Assembly (NCBI GenBank): GCA_963804455.1
Contig: CAWDRD010000125.1
Span: forward strand, 29,057-93,056
Source of the DNA: an uncultured Actinomycetes bacterium
GTDB lineage: Bacteria > Actinomycetota > Actinomycetes > Streptosporangiales > Streptosporangiaceae
DNA: 64,000 bases
Direction: 5' to 3'
In this document: positions 1 through 11,238 of the stretch, piece by piece
How the letters are laid out: each line of letters begins with the position of its first letter
Position numbering within the stretch: the stretch's first letter is position 1
The notes under the pieces: model-generated
Seen by the model: only the letters and a program-made list of their open reading frames with translations
Databases searched by the model: none
Told to the model about the DNA's origin: nothing
Made by a program: the position numbers and the translations under genes

Positions 1-983
1 GCGAGGCGATCCGCAGCGCGCGGAAGACCAGGATGCCGAGCAGGGCGATGATCACGGCCGCGCCGACGAAGCCGAGCTCCTCACCGGCAACGCTGAAGAT
101 GAAGTCGGTCTGCTGGTTGGGCACGAATCCCGCTTTGACCAGCTGGCCGTGGTGCAGGCCGGTGCCGAACATGCCGCCGGAGCCGATCATGATCTTGGAG
201 TGCAGCGTCTCGTACCCGGAACTGCTCGGATTGGCCGACGGGTGCAGGAACGAGGTCAGCCGGGTCAGCTGATAGCTCTTGAGCAGGTGCAGCTTGAGGA
301 CGGCGAACACGCCGGCCGACACCGGCCACGGCGAGGGCGGCCACCCAGCGCAGCTTGAGCCCGGACAGCGCGATCATCGCCGCCGCGATGATCACCAGCA
401 GGATGGTCACACCGAGGTCGGGCTGCAGCACCACCATGACGACCGGAACCGCGGCGCAGGCCAGGACCAGCCCGGCGTCGCGCGGCCGCGGGACGTGCTT
501 GCTGTCCCGCAGCTCGCTGAAGATCAGCGCGCCCATGAGGATCAGGGCCAGCTTCGCGAATTCTGAGGGCTCGATCTGGTTGCCGCCGGGCAGGGTGATC
601 CAGGACCGCGCGCCACTGACCGTGCTGCCCAGCGGGCTGAGTACCGCGGCCAGCCCGAGGCAGGCCGCCACGTAGACGATCGGGGCGAACATCCGGATCT
701 GCCGGTACTCCAGCAGGCTGACCGCCACCATGAACATCAGGCCGAGCGCCACATTGATCAGCTGCTTGATCAGGTAGCCGCGTGGGTCCGCGCTGGGCTG
801 GGTGGCGGAGTACACCAGCAGCGTGCCGATCAGGCTGAGCGCCACCACCACGGCCAGCAGCACCCAGTCGTACTGGCGCACCGGGGCGTCCTTGGCCAGG
901 ACGAGCCGGTGCAGCAGCGAGGTGCGGCCCGGGCGGAAGCTGGGCGCCCGGGGCGAGGCGTAGTCGCGCGTGCCGAGACTCAT
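1..983 (-). CDS. rodA: SEDS-family peptidoglycan glycosyltransferase RodA/FtsW (3' end outside window; frame break near 305-315)
   Basis: ORF 81..983 has the RodA-type N-terminus (MSLGTRDYASPRAP..., many TM segments). Frame +1 downstream of ~310 continues as ...GVFAVLKLHLLKSYQLTRL...SKIMIGSGGMFGTGL...QQTDFIFSVAGEELGFVGAAVIIALLGILVFR, the classic SEDS motif. The reading frame runs past position 1. Confidence 0.85.
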
Positions 984-3067
984 CAGGACCCCCCGTATCC
1001 GGCCGGGGCGGCGATGGAGCCGTCCGGGGAGATCACCGGCAGGGAGCTGGGCAGGTTCCCGCCGGGCAGCGCGGCCTGATGGCCCTCCAGACCGTAGATG
1101 TCGTCGTAGATCTGGCGGACCGCGGGCGCGGCCACGTCCGCACCGTAGTTGGAGTCAGGGATCATCATGACTACCACGTACTTGGGATCACCGCACGGCG
1201 CGAAGGAAGCGAAGACCGAGGTCACCGAGCTGTTGAAGACTTCCGCGGTACCGGTCTTGCCGCCCACGCACACGGTGGACCGCGGGAAGCCGCTGAACGC
1301 GCCGGCCGCGGTACCCGCGCCGGTGGTCACCCCGGTCAGTGCGGTCCGGATATAGCTGAGCGTGTTCTGGCTGACGGGCAGCTGCCGGATCAGCGGGGGG
1401 TTGATCTGCTGCAGCAGCTTGCCGGACGGGCTGATGATCGCCTCGCCGATCCGCGGGCTGTACAGCTTGCCGCCGTTGACCACGGCGGCGTAGGCGTCAG
1501 CGAGCTGCAGCGGGGTCACCGAGACGTAGCCCTGGCCGATGGCGGCGATCGCCGCCAGGCCGGGCTCCCACACGTTCCCGTACAGGCAATCCTGGTACTC
1601 GATCTGCTGCACGTAGGTGCCGTTCGCATTGCCGTACTTGCACCAGTTCTGCCCGGTGTGCGCGTTGTCCTTCCACAGGTAGTACAGCCACTCCCGGGTG
1701 GGGATGCTGCCCGCGCTCTGCTCCGGCAGGTCGATCCCGGGAACAGCGCCGAACCCGAAGTCCAGCTCCATCTGCTGCATCTCCTGGACCGGGGCGTTCG
1801 GGCTGTCCACAACGTTGTCGTTGGGGCGGTCGGTCTGGAAGATCTGGTTGGCCAGCTCGTAGAAGACCGTGTCGCAGGAGACCACCAGGGCCTCAGACAG
1901 GCTCATCGGGCCGAGGCTCGGCTCACCGTCGTTGGCGAACGACTGCGAGCCGATGCTGTAGGTGGCCGGGCAGCTGTAGTCGTTGTAGAGGCTGTAGCCC
2001 GCCTTGACCGCGGCAGCGGTCGAGGTCACCTTGAAGGTCGAGCCAGGTGCGTACTCGCCCTGGGTGACCCGGTTCAGGATCGGCTCACTGTCGCCGGTGC
2101 CGAACAGCTGCTGGTACTGCTGCTCGCTGATGCCACCGTTCCAGACCGCCGGGTTGTAGTCCGGGGCGCTGGCCATCGCCACCACCCGGCCGGTCGTGGT
2201 CAGCACGACGGCCGCGCCGGTCGTGGCGTTCGGGTTGCCTTCCAGCTGTGCCTTGCGGATCGCCTGGGCCAGCACGTTCTGCACGTCCGCCTGCAGCTTC
2301 GCGTTGATGCTGGTGACCACATCGGCCCCGGGCTGGGCCGGGGTCGTCCTGGTGACGCCGAGTTCGGCGCCGGCGCTGTTCACGGACAGCACCTCCTTGC
2401 CCGGCGTGCCCTCCAGCTGGGTGTTGTACTGCGCCTCCAGCCCGGCCTGCCCGACCATGTCCTCGCCGGAGAAACCCGTGGACGGCAGGTTCTGCCGCTT
2501 CATCTGCTGCGCGGTGATCGGGCCGAGATAGCCGAGGACCTGGGCGGGGTTCGCGCCGTCCGGCGCCGGGTAGGTGGCCACCGGCTGGACGCCCGCGGTC
2601 ACCCCGGGGAAGGCCTGGTGGTCCTGCATGATCTGGACGGCGATCGCTCCGGAGGCGTTCTGCGCCACCGGGATCGGCTGGTACGGCGAACCCGGCCAGC
2701 ACGGCTGGGACACGTGCGCGGTGCACAGCCGGACCTTCTCAGTGAGCAGCTTGTCGGGCATGCCGAGCAGCCCGGCCAGGCGGCGCAGCACCGCCGCGCC
2801 GCCGTCGGCCTGCTGGGCCAGGTTCATGTAATCGACGTTGACCACCAGGGAGCTGGCGTTGTCCACCAGCGGGCTGCCCGCGTCGTCGAGGATCGAGCCG
2901 CGGACCGACGGGGTGATCACGGTCTGGGTCTGGTCCGCGGCGGCGAGCTTGGCGTACGAGCTGCCGGTCATCGCCTGCAGGTACCACAGCCGTCCCAGCA
3001 GGGTGACCAGCAGCGCGGCCACCACCGCGTACAGCACCGCGAGGCGCAGCCGGGACGCCGGGATCAT
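983..3067 (-). CDS. mrdA: penicillin-binding protein 2 (elongasome transpeptidase)
   Basis: 694-aa ORF with N-terminal TM, dimerisation and transpeptidase domains and an SxxK active site (GSTFKVTSTAAAV). Canonical position between mreD and rodA. Confidence 0.9.
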   Translation of the reverse strand: MIPASRLRLAVLYAVVAALLVTLLGRLWYLQAMTGSSYAKLAAADQTQTVITPSVRGSILDDAGSPLVDNASSLVVNVDYMNLAQQADGGAAVLRRLAGLLGMPDKLLTEKVRLCTAHVSQPCWPGSPYQPIPVAQNASGAIAVQIMQDHQAFPGVTAGVQPVATYPAPDGANPAQVLGYLGPITAQQMKRQNLPSTGFSGEDMVGQAGLEAQYNTQLEGTPGKEVLSVNSAGAELGVTRTTPAQPGADVVTSINAKLQADVQNVLAQAIRKAQLEGNPNATTGAAVVLTTTGRVVAMASAPDYNPAVWNGGISEQQYQQLFGTGDSEPILNRVTQGEYAPGSTFKVTSTAAAVKAGYSLYNDYSCPATYSIGSQSFANDGEPSLGPMSLSEALVVSCDTVFYELANQIFQTDRPNDNVVDSPNAPVQEMQQMELDFGFGAVPGIDLPEQSAGSIPTREWLYYLWKDNAHTGQNWCKYGNANGTYVQQIEYQDCLYGNVWEPGLAAIAAIGQGYVSVTPLQLADAYAAVVNGGKLYSPRIGEAIISPSGKLLQQINPPLIRQLPVSQNTLSYIRTALTGVTTGAGTAAGAFSGFPRSTVCVGGKTGTAEVFNSSVTSVFASFAPCGDPKYVVVMMIPDSNYGADVAAPAVRQIYDDIYGLEGHQAALPGGNLPSSLPVISPDGSIAAPAGYGGS

Positions 3068-4218
3068 CGCAGTCCTCCGGTTCGCTTGGTTCCGATTCGC
3101 CGTCCCGCCCGGCGGCTGAAGACCGTCCGGTGGCCGAAGACTGGCCGGTGCCGCCGGGCGGGGGCGCTGGCGCCGGGCGGACCCGGCTTGCTGCCACGGA
3201 ACCGCGGCGTATGCGCCTTCCCCAACGCACTGCGGCCAGCCCGGCTGCCGAACGTACTCGCTCGCCGCTGTCCCCCGCTCGGGAGAAAACCACCCGGGAG
3301 CAGGCTGCCCAGCGCACCGTCACGCCGCCGGGCGCTGCCGAGCCGCAACGGCACGGACCGCTGCCGGGGGCGGGCCGCGGGCCGCACCGCTGCGGGGGAC
3401 CCGCCGCGCAGCGCGCTCGCCCGCAGCCGGGTGGCCCGGGACGGCCGCAGCGCCCCGCCGGCGGCCATCCCGGCCGCGGCGGACCGGCGGATGGCGCTGC
3501 CCGCCTGGCCGCCCCCGGCCCGCAGCCGCAGGTTGACCGGGCGGGACGGGGGAGGCTTAGCCGGCACCGAGGCCGCCGACGCGCCGCGCAGCGCACGCGC
3601 CGACAGCCCGGTCCGCCCGGTCCCGCTGTCCCGGACCGCCCCGGCCGAGCCCGCCAGCACGCTCGCGCCGGCCAGGGCGGCGGCGGGTAGCGGCGGGCTG
3701 GCACCGCCGCGCCGCCCGTCCAGCCCGTCCGCAGCCATCCCGGTGGCCCGTACCACCACGAACAGCACGAACGGGCTGAGCAGGATGTCATAGATCAGCG
3801 ATGCGGGCAGCACATGGCGGGCCGCGGCCAGGCTGATGTCCGGGTCGCCGAACATCAGCCCGGTCGCCACATAGAGCAGCTCGCCCGCGGCGGAGCCCAG
3901 CGCGACCACGCCGATCAGCCCCCAGGCCGAGGTGTCCAGGCCGCGGCCGAGCCGGCCGCAGGCGTACCCGACGAGGCAGAACACCAGTGCTTCCTGGCCC
4001 AGCAGATGCGTGGCGGGGGGCGCGATGTCGAGCGCCAGCCCGGCGCAGAAGCCGGCCAGCATGCCTTCCAGCGGGCCGCCGGCCAGGGCCAGCGCAGCCA
4101 CCACCACCAGGACCAGGTCCGGCGGCGCCCCGCCCGGCAGCGGCACGCCGTTGACCAGGGTGAGCTGGAGCAGGATCGCGAGCAGCAGCAGCCCGCAGGA
4201 CACTACGGCGCGGCGCAT
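3064..4218 (-). CDS. mreD: rod shape-determining protein MreD with long Ala/Arg/Pro-rich C-terminal low-complexity tail
   Basis: N-terminal ~170 aa are polytopic membrane protein (LLLLAILLQLTLVNGV...FVLFVVVRATG) in the mreC–mreD–pbp2 position. The C-terminal 200 aa are low complexity. Confidence 0.7.
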   Translation of the reverse strand: MRRAVVSCGLLLLAILLQLTLVNGVPLPGGAPPDLVLVVVAALALAGGPLEGMLAGFCAGLALDIAPPATHLLGQEALVFCLVGYACGRLGRGLDTSAWGLIGVVALGSAAGELLYVATGLMFGDPDISLAAARHVLPASLIYDILLSPFVLFVVVRATGMAADGLDGRRGGASPPLPAAALAGASVLAGSAGAVRDSGTGRTGLSARALRGASAASVPAKPPPSRPVNLRLRAGGGQAGSAIRRSAAAGMAAGGALRPSRATRLRASALRGGSPAAVRPAARPRQRSVPLRLGSARRRDGALGSLLPGGFLPSGGQRRASTFGSRAGRSALGKAHTPRFRGSKPGPPGASAPARRHRPVFGHRTVFSRRAGRRIGTKRTGGLR

Positions 4219-4219
4219 C

Positions 4220-5181
4220 TCAGCCGCCCAGCCGGGTGCTGCCCGGGCTCGGGGTCGCGGCCGCGCCGCTCGCCGCCGCCCGCGGCGTGCGTGCTGGCGC
4301 GGCGGAAGCCGACGGAGTGGGCGGCAGGACCGAGAACCGCGGATTCGTCCGCGGCGGCGCGATGACCACGCCCACCACGCTGAGCTGGCCCTCGTTCGCG
4401 AACGGGCGGACCAGCGCGAGCTTGGTCAGCGAGTCACTGCTGCCCAGCACCCGGACGATGACTCCCACCGGGACGCCGGCGCACGTACGGGGTGCCGGTC
4501 GCGGAGCCGAAGGTGACCAGCTCCTGACCGGGGTGGAGCACCGCATTGACGTCGAAAACCTGGAGCCGGAGCAGGCTGCCGCCGGACAGTGTCTTCCCGG
4601 TGCCGGTCACCACGCCGATCTCGCCGCTGCCCGCCAGCCGCACGCCCACGGTCACGCTGGCGTCGGTGCTGAGCAGCACGGTGCTGGTCGTGGCGAACAC
4701 CGAGCTGACCGTGCCGACCAGCCCGGCGCCGTTCAGCACCGTCTCCTCCGGCTTGATGCCATCGTTGCGGCCCGCATCGATGGTGACGGAGTCCTGATAG
4801 GCCGCCGGCCGCCACCACGCTCGCGGCCACGATCCGGTACCCGCCCCGGCCGGCCAGCTGCAGCAGCGACGTCAGCTGCCGTTCGTCGTACGTGCTCAGC
4901 TGATGCTGGTCCAGCTGTGCCCGCAAACTGACGACCTGGCGCTGCAGCGCCGCGATCCGGGCCTGGTCGCCCGGATTGCCCGCCAGCCCATCGGCGACCG
5001 CGACGACCGGCCTGGTCACCAGCCTGACCGCGCTTTCCGCGGAGCCGAGCACCGTGCCGCCGGCTGAGCGCAGGCCACGCAGCGGGGAGATGGCACCGCC
5101 GCGATAGTCGATGGTGATCAATGCCAGCGCGACGGCCAGCAGCACCCCGAGAACGACGCGGGTACGCCGGGTGTCGTGCAC
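4220..5181 (-). CDS. mreC: rod shape-determining protein MreC (split over three frames)
   Basis: ORF 4426..5181 carries the MreC N-terminus (TM plus coiled coil, RAQLDQHQL). ORFs 4434..4739 (VTGTGKTL...LLRLQV...GQELVTFGS) and 4220..4546 (PVGVIVRVLGSSDSLTKLALVRPFANEGQLSVVGVV) carry the beta-domain and C-terminus in other frames. Confidence 0.8.
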
Positions 5182-5269
5182 CAGGTCTCCTCATACAAGC
5201 CTGCGGCCAGCCGTCGCTGACTGCTGATGACCACTGCGGACGCGGCGCGGCGGGGGCGGCCGCGGGGCG

Positions 5270-6301
5270 TCAGCGCCTGGATTCCGGGACCAGGACCTGG
5301 CGCAGGGTATCGAAGTCCTCGACGCATTTGCCGGTGCCGAGCACCACGGAATCGAGCGGGTTGTCGGCCACGTGCACCGGCATCCCGGTCTCCTCACGCA
5401 GCCGTTCGGACAGGCCGCGCAGCAGCGCCCCGCCGCCGGTCAGCACGATCCCCCGGTCCATCACGTCACCGGCCAGCTCCGGCGGGCACTTGTCCAGGGT
5501 GGTCTTGACGGTATCGACGATCAGGGCGACCGGTTCCTCGATCGCCCGGCGGATCTCTTCGGCGGAGATCACGATGGTCTTGGGCAGGCCGCTGACCAGG
5601 TCCCGGCCGCGGATCTCGGCGTTGGGCTCGTCCGCGGACGGATAGGCCGAGCCCAGCGCCATCTTGATCTCCTCGGCGGTGCGCTCGCCGAGCATCAGCG
5701 AGTACTCCTTCTTGCCGAAGGTGATGATCGCCTGGTCCAGTTCGTCGCCGCCGACCCGGATCGACTGGGAGGTGACGATGCCGCCGAGCGAGATGACCGC
5801 GACCTCGGTGGTGCCGCCGCCGATGTCCACCACCATGTTGCCGGTCGGCTCGTTGACCGGCAGGCCGGCCCCGATCGCCGCGGCCATCGGCTCCTCGATG
5901 ATGTACACGCGGCGGGCGCCAGCCTGGTGACCGGCCTCCTTGACCGCGCTCTGCTCGACGCCGGTGATGCCGCTGGGCACGGCGACGACGACCCGGGGCT
6001 TGGCCAGATGCTGGCGCCGGTGCACCTTCTGGATGAAGTAGCGCAGCATCCGCTCGGTCACGTCGAAGTCGGCGATGACACCGTCCTTGAGCGGGCGGAC
6101 CGCGACGATGTTGCCCGGGGTCCGGCCGATCATCCGTTTCGCTTCGACCCCCACGGCGACGATCTGGCCGGTGTTCGTATTCAGGGCCACGACGGACGGC
6201 TCGTTCAGCACGATCCCGCGGCCGCGGACATAGACCAGGGTGTTCGCGGTGCCGAGGTCGACGGCCATGTCACGGCCCAGAAACGCCAGCGCGTTGCTCA
6301 T
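5270..6301 (-). CDS. mreB: actin-like rod-shape protein MreB
   Basis: 343 aa, intact, full-length MreB motifs ([11 protein letters not shown]...[18 protein letters not shown]...[11 protein letters not shown]). Confidence 0.95.
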   Translation of the reverse strand: MSNALAFLGRDMAVDLGTANTLVYVRGRGIVLNEPSVVALNTNTGQIVAVGVEAKRMIGRTPGNIVAVRPLKDGVIADFDVTERMLRYFIQKVHRRQHLAKPRVVVAVPSGITGVEQSAVKEAGHQAGARRVYIIEEPMAAAIGAGLPVNEPTGNMVVDIGGGTTEVAVISLGGIVTSQSIRVGGDELDQAIITFGKKEYSLMLGERTAEEIKMALGSAYPSADEPNAEIRGRDLVSGLPKTIVISAEEIRRAIEEPVALIVDTVKTTLDKCPPELAGDVMDRGIVLTGGGALLRGLSERLREETGMPVHVADNPLDSVVLGTGKCVEDFDTLRQVLVPESRR

Positions 6302-6611
6302 GTGGAACGAGAACCTTCCCGAAAAGGGCCAGCTGGGTCATCTGTGGTCTTATTCGGACGGCCGATGCTCGTGCGGGCACGGGCCGCCATGTTCCTTCAT
6401 CGGCATGTGCCGCGCGGCCTAAACGAGGTCAGGAAAGAAGATCTTCATTCCCCGCCTGGCCGAGCCCGGCGAGCCGGATCCGGCACCTACTACTGCTACA
6501 CGTGCAACGCCTGAGCTCTGCGGATCGTGCCCGCGGCGGCCCCCGCGCCGTGACTAAAGCCTACCGTCGCCCGTTCCATAACCCCGATCCGACACCACCC
6601 GTAATTTCGAC

Positions 6612-6635
6612 AACCCGGCGTGCCGGGTTAACAAC
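6612..6635. other. GC hairpin (aacccggcgtgccgggtt) immediately downstream of the DUF4233 gene in the long mreB leader region
   Basis: Perfect 8-bp inverted repeat read in the sequence. There is no strong U-tract, so a terminator role is uncertain. Confidence 0.3.
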
Positions 6636-6647
6636 TTACTAAGCGGG

Positions 6648-6968
6648 TCAGGACGATTCATAACGGCGGCCCATCACGATGGCCAGCACCCAGAACCCGC
6701 CAAAGATCGCGCCCAGCGCGTACATCACCGGCACCAGCACCCCGGCCGCGATCACCAGGACCTGCAGCACGCTCCCGGCCACCAGCGGCATCCCGCCCAG
6801 CCTCGGCCGCCCGACCAGCCCGGCGAGCACCACCGCGGCCACCGCCAGCACGCCGCCCGCCACCCCGGCGGCCTTCGGTGACACATGCACGATCGTGATG
6901 GCCACCGGGATGGCCAGCCCGATCACGATCGCCTCCATCACCAGCACCGTGGCGCACAGCCGCCTCAC
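6648..6968 (-). CDS. small polytopic membrane protein (DUF4233-like, usual folC neighbour)
   Basis: 106 aa with three hydrophobic helices. Position immediately downstream of folC matches the conserved actinobacterial folC-DUF4233 pair. Confidence 0.55.
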   Translation of the reverse strand: MRRLCATVLVMEAIVIGLAIPVAITIVHVSPKAAGVAGGVLAVAAVVLAGLVGRPRLGGMPLVAGSVLQVLVIAAGVLVPVMYALGAIFGGFWVLAIVMGRRYESS

Positions 6969-8369
6969 TCCAGCTCGCCTGCCCCCTCGGGTCCGCCAGC
7001 CCCGCCGATGAGCAGCACCCGCGCGTCCCCAGCCGTGATCACTGACCCGGTGACCAGCACCCCGGCCCTGGTCAGCCCCTCCGGCCCGGCCGCCTCGTCC
7101 GCCAGTCCCACCGCGATCTCGAGCGCGTCGTCCAGCCGCTCCGCCGTGTGCACCCGCTCCGCCCCGAACACCGACCCGGCCAGCTCGGCCAGCTTGTCCG
7201 GGTCCATCGACCGGTCCGCCGAGTTCCGGGTCACCACCAGCTCGGAGATCACCGGCTCCAGCTGGTCCAGGATCCCCGGCACGTCCTTGTCCTCGCTGAC
7301 CGCCAGCACCCCGATCACCGCCGCGAACGAGAACGCCTCGGTCAGCGCCTCCATCGACGCCGCCATCCCGGCCGGGTTGTGCGCCGAGTCCACGATCACC
7401 ACCGGACTCCGCCGCACCACCTCCATCCGCCCCGGCGACGTGACCCGCGCAAACCCCTCCCGCACCAGCTGCACATTGAGCGGCGCCGAACTGTCCTCAT
7501 CCCCCGCGGCCGCGGCCATGCCGAGCCGGTCCGCCGCTGCGCCGCCCTCCTCATCGGGGCCGTCCGGCCCGGAGTCCGCGGTCTCCTCGAGGCCCGTTCC
7601 CTGCCCCGGCAGGGGCCCGCCGGACGCGAACGCCTCCACGGCGGCCAGGCGCGCAGGCAGCGTTGCTGGCCTGGTACGCGCCGAACAGCGGCAGTGCGAT
7701 GTCGTCGTAGTCGCCGCGCAGCCCGCGCAGGTCGAGCCGCTGGCCGCCGACGGCGAGGTCGCGGCGGAGCACGCCGAAGTCGAGGCCTTCCCTGGCCACC
7801 GAGGCACCCACGTCGGCGGCCCGCCGGAGCAGGACCTCAGCCGCGGGCACGGGCTGCTGGGCCAGGACGGCGACCGCGCCGGGCTTGATGATGCCCGGCC
7901 TTGTCCGCGGCGATCTCCTCGACGGTGTCGCCGAGGTAGGCCGTGTGGTCGAGGGCGACCGGGGTGACCACGGCGACCGTCGCCGTCGGCGACGTTGGTG
8001 GCGTCCCAGGTGCCGCCCAGGCCGACCTCGACGATGGCCACGTCCACCGGCGCGTCGGCGAAGATGGCGAACGCCATGCCGGTGAGCACCTCGAAGAACG
8101 ACAGCGGGACCGGGTGCCGGTCGTCGACCAGGCCCAGGTACGGCTCGAGCTCGTCGTAGGCCGCGACGAAGCGCTCCGCCGGGACGCGGCTGGCCGTCCA
8201 CAGCGATCCGCTCCCGGATCGAGGACAGGTGCGGGCTGGTGAACAGGCCGGTCCGCAGGCCGCGGGCGCGCAGCAGGGCCTCGGTCATCCGGGCGGTGGA
8301 GGTCTTGCCGTTGGTGCCGGTGATGTGGATGACCGGGTAGGCCCGCTGCGGGTCGCCGAGCAGGGTCAT
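6965..8369 (-). CDS. folC: folylpolyglutamate synthase / dihydrofolate synthase FolC (frame-disrupted; true start probably near 8460)
   Basis: VIHITGTNGKTSTARM (Mur-ligase P-loop) in ORF 7551..8369. Continuation ...VEVGLGGTWDATNV... in ORF 6965..8089. Upstream in-frame ERLREVEREILARRPEHAIEPTLDRIADLM lacks a start codon, so further indels are likely. Confidence 0.8.
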
Positions 8370-8465
8370 CAGGTCGGCGATCCGGTCCAGGGTGGGCTCG
8401 ATGGCGTGCTCGGGGCGCCGGGCGAGGATCTCCCGCTCGACCTCGCGCAGCCGTTCCGTCGATGG

Positions 8466-11204
8466 TCAAGCCTGCTGCCGGATGGCCGCCGTCGCCCGGC
8501 AGGCGCCGGCAGAGCCGCGGCGGCTGATGCGGTCGATGTCGTCGCGGGCGGCTGACCAGCCGGTCCCGGGTCTTCGCCACCACGTCGGCGGGCGCCTTGG
8601 CCAGGAACGAGTCGTTGGCCGAGCTTGCGCTCGGTCTGCTCGGCTTCCTTCCGCGCGGCCGCGAGATCCTTTTCCAGCCGGCGCCGCTCGGCGGCCACGT
8701 CGATCGCCGGCGGCCGTGTCCAGCTCCACGGTGACCCCCTCGGCGAGCACCGACGCGGTGGCCCGGAAGCCGTCGCCGGGTGCCGCCAGCCGGAGCAGCG
8801 ACGCGGATGCTGGCCTCGTGCGAGGCGAGCGGCCGTGCCCCCGATCCCGCCGAGCACCGCGGGCACCTGCTGGCCGGGCCGCAGCCCCTGATCGGACCGG
8901 AACCGGCGGACCTCGGTGACCAGCCGCATCAGCGAGCTGATCTCGGCTTCCGCGGCCGGATCGTGGTAGGCGGCGGCCAGCCACGCCAGCGCCGCCCGCA
9001 CGCTGGCCTGGCCACGGCGCGATCATCACGCGTGTCCCCGCCGGTCAGCGCGGTCCACAGCTCCTCGGTGACGAACGGGCATCACCGGGTGCAGCAGCCG
9101 CAGCAGCCGGTCCAGCACGTAGCCGAGCACCTCACGGGTGCGCTGGGCCGCCGCCTCGTCCGGGCCGGCCAGCTGCCGGCTTGGCCAGCTCCAGGTACCA
9201 GTCGCAGACCTCGTCCCAGGCGAAGTGGTACAGCGCGTCGCAGACCTTGCCGAACTCGAACCGCTCGAACAGCCCGTCCACCTCGGCGGTCACCGCGGCC
9301 AGCCGGGACAGGATCCACCGGGCCGCGGTGGGCAGGCCCGCCGGGTCCGGCGCGCGTGCCCGGTACCGTGGCCCCGTTGAGCAGCGCGAACCGGGTCGCG
9401 TTCCACAGCTTGTTGCAGAAGTTCCGGGCGCCGGTGACCCACTCCTCGCTGACCGCCACGTCGCTGCCCGGGCTGGCCCCGCGGGCCAGGGTGAACCGGG
9501 TCGCGTCCGCGCCGAACCGGTCGATCCAGTCCAGCGGGTCCACGGTGTTGCCCAGCGACTTGGACATCTTCTTGCCGTGCTGGTCGCGCACCAGGCCGTG
9601 CAGGGCCACCTCCCGGAACGGCACCGCCTGGGCCGGGCTCGCGCTGCGACATCGCGTACAGGCCGAACATCATCATCCGGGCCACCCAGAAGAACAGGAT
9701 GTCGTAGCCGGTCACCAGCACGCTGGTCGGGTAGAAGACGCGCAGGTCCGCGGTGTCGTCCGGCCAGCCCAGGGTGGAGAACGGCCACAGCGCCGAGGAG
9801 AACCAGGTGTCCAGCACGTCTGAGTCCTGCCGCCACCCCGCGCCCGACGGCGGCTCCTCGCCCGGGCCGACGCAGACCACCTGGCCGTCCGGCCCGTACC
9901 AGACCGGGATGCGGTGTCCCCACCACAGCTGGCGGCTGATGCACCAGTCGTGCATGTCGTCCACCCAGTCGAAGTACCGGGCCGTCATCTCCGCCGGGTG
10001 GATCCGCACCCGGCCGTCGCGGACCGCGTCCCCCGCGGCCTTGGCCAGCGGCCCGACCTTGACGAACCACTGCAGCGACAGCCGCGGCTCGACCACCGTG
10101 CCACACCGCATGCAGTGGCCCACCGCGTGCACGTAGGGCCGGACCTCGGACACGATCCGGCCGTCCGCGCGCAGCGCGGCCACCACGGCGGGCCGGGCCT
10201 CGAACCGGTCCAGGCCCTCGAACGGGCCCGTGGCCGTGATCACGCCCGTGCTCGTCCAGACCACCAGGCTGGGCAGCTCATGCCGGCGGCCGATCTCGAA
10301 GTCGTCCGGGTCGTGCGCCGGAGTCACCTTGACCGCGCCGGTGCCGAACTCCGGGTCCACGTGCGGGTCCGCCACCACCGGGATCCGGCGGCTGGACAGC
10401 GGCAGCTGGATCTCCCGGCCGACCAGGTGCGCGTACCGCGGGTCGTCGGGATGGACCGCCACCCCGGTGTCACCGAGCATGGTCTCGGCCCGGGTGGTCG
10501 CGACCACGACGGCGTCGTCCGCCGTCCCCGTACCGGATCGAGACCAGCTCACCGTCCTCGTCGCTGTGATCCACCTCGATGTCGGACAGCGCGGTCAGGC
10601 AGCGCGGGCACCAGTTGATGATCCGCTCGGCCCGGTAGATCAGCCCGTCGTCGAACAGCCGCTTGAACATGGTCTGCACCGCGCGGGACAGCCCTTCGTC
10701 CATGGTGAACCGCTCGCGGGTCCAGTCCACGCTGTCGCCCAGCCGCCGCATCTGGCCGAGGATCTTCCCGCCGGACTCGGCCTTCCACTGCCAGACCCGC
10801 TCGACGAACGCCTCGCGGCCCAGGTCGTGCCGGCTCAGCCCGTCTTTGGCCAGCTCCCGCTCGACCACGTTCTGGGTGGCGATCCCGGCGTGATCCATGC
10901 CCGGCACCCACAGCGCCGTGTAGCCCTGCATCCGCCGCCGCCGCACCAGCGCGTCGATCAGCGTGTGGTTGAGCGCATGCCCGATATGCAGCGACCCGGT
11001 CACGTTGGGCGGCGGGATCACCGTGCAAAAGGCCGGCCGGGCCGGGCTCACGTCCGCCGGGCTGGCCGACATCAGCCCCCGCTTGTCCCACGAGTCATAC
11101 AGCCGGTCTTCCACCTCACCCGGCACATACTGCGAGGGAAGCTCGGTCCGCTGCGTCAGATCACCACTCACGACAGCCGAGTCTAGTGCGGCCAGCATGG
11201 CCAA
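8466..11204 (-). CDS. valS: valine--tRNA ligase ValS (split over at least 5 frames)
   Basis: N-terminus [18 protein letters not shown]...[15 protein letters not shown] (HIGH) in 10470..11204. Editing/catalytic core in 9290..10552. KMSKS in 9082..9624 ([15 protein letters not shown]). C-terminal coiled coil [29 protein letters not shown] and VAKTRDRL in further frames. Stop mapped at about 8466. Confidence 0.85.
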
Positions 11205-11238
11205 CTGTGCCAGTCGGCTTCCGCACGGTGCCGACCCC

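Noticed and set aside
1079-3793. 904-aa + strand ORF, and similar long ORFs (2739..3791 -, 19763..20809 +, 25503..27293 +, 27416..29017 -, 33768..36032 +, 33772..35646 -, 44702..46279 +, 47150..48520 +)
   Set aside because: These are antisense to well-supported conserved genes, or run through non-triplet tandem repeats. The proteins are Arg/Pro/Gly-rich low complexity, typical of shadow ORFs in about 72% GC DNA.
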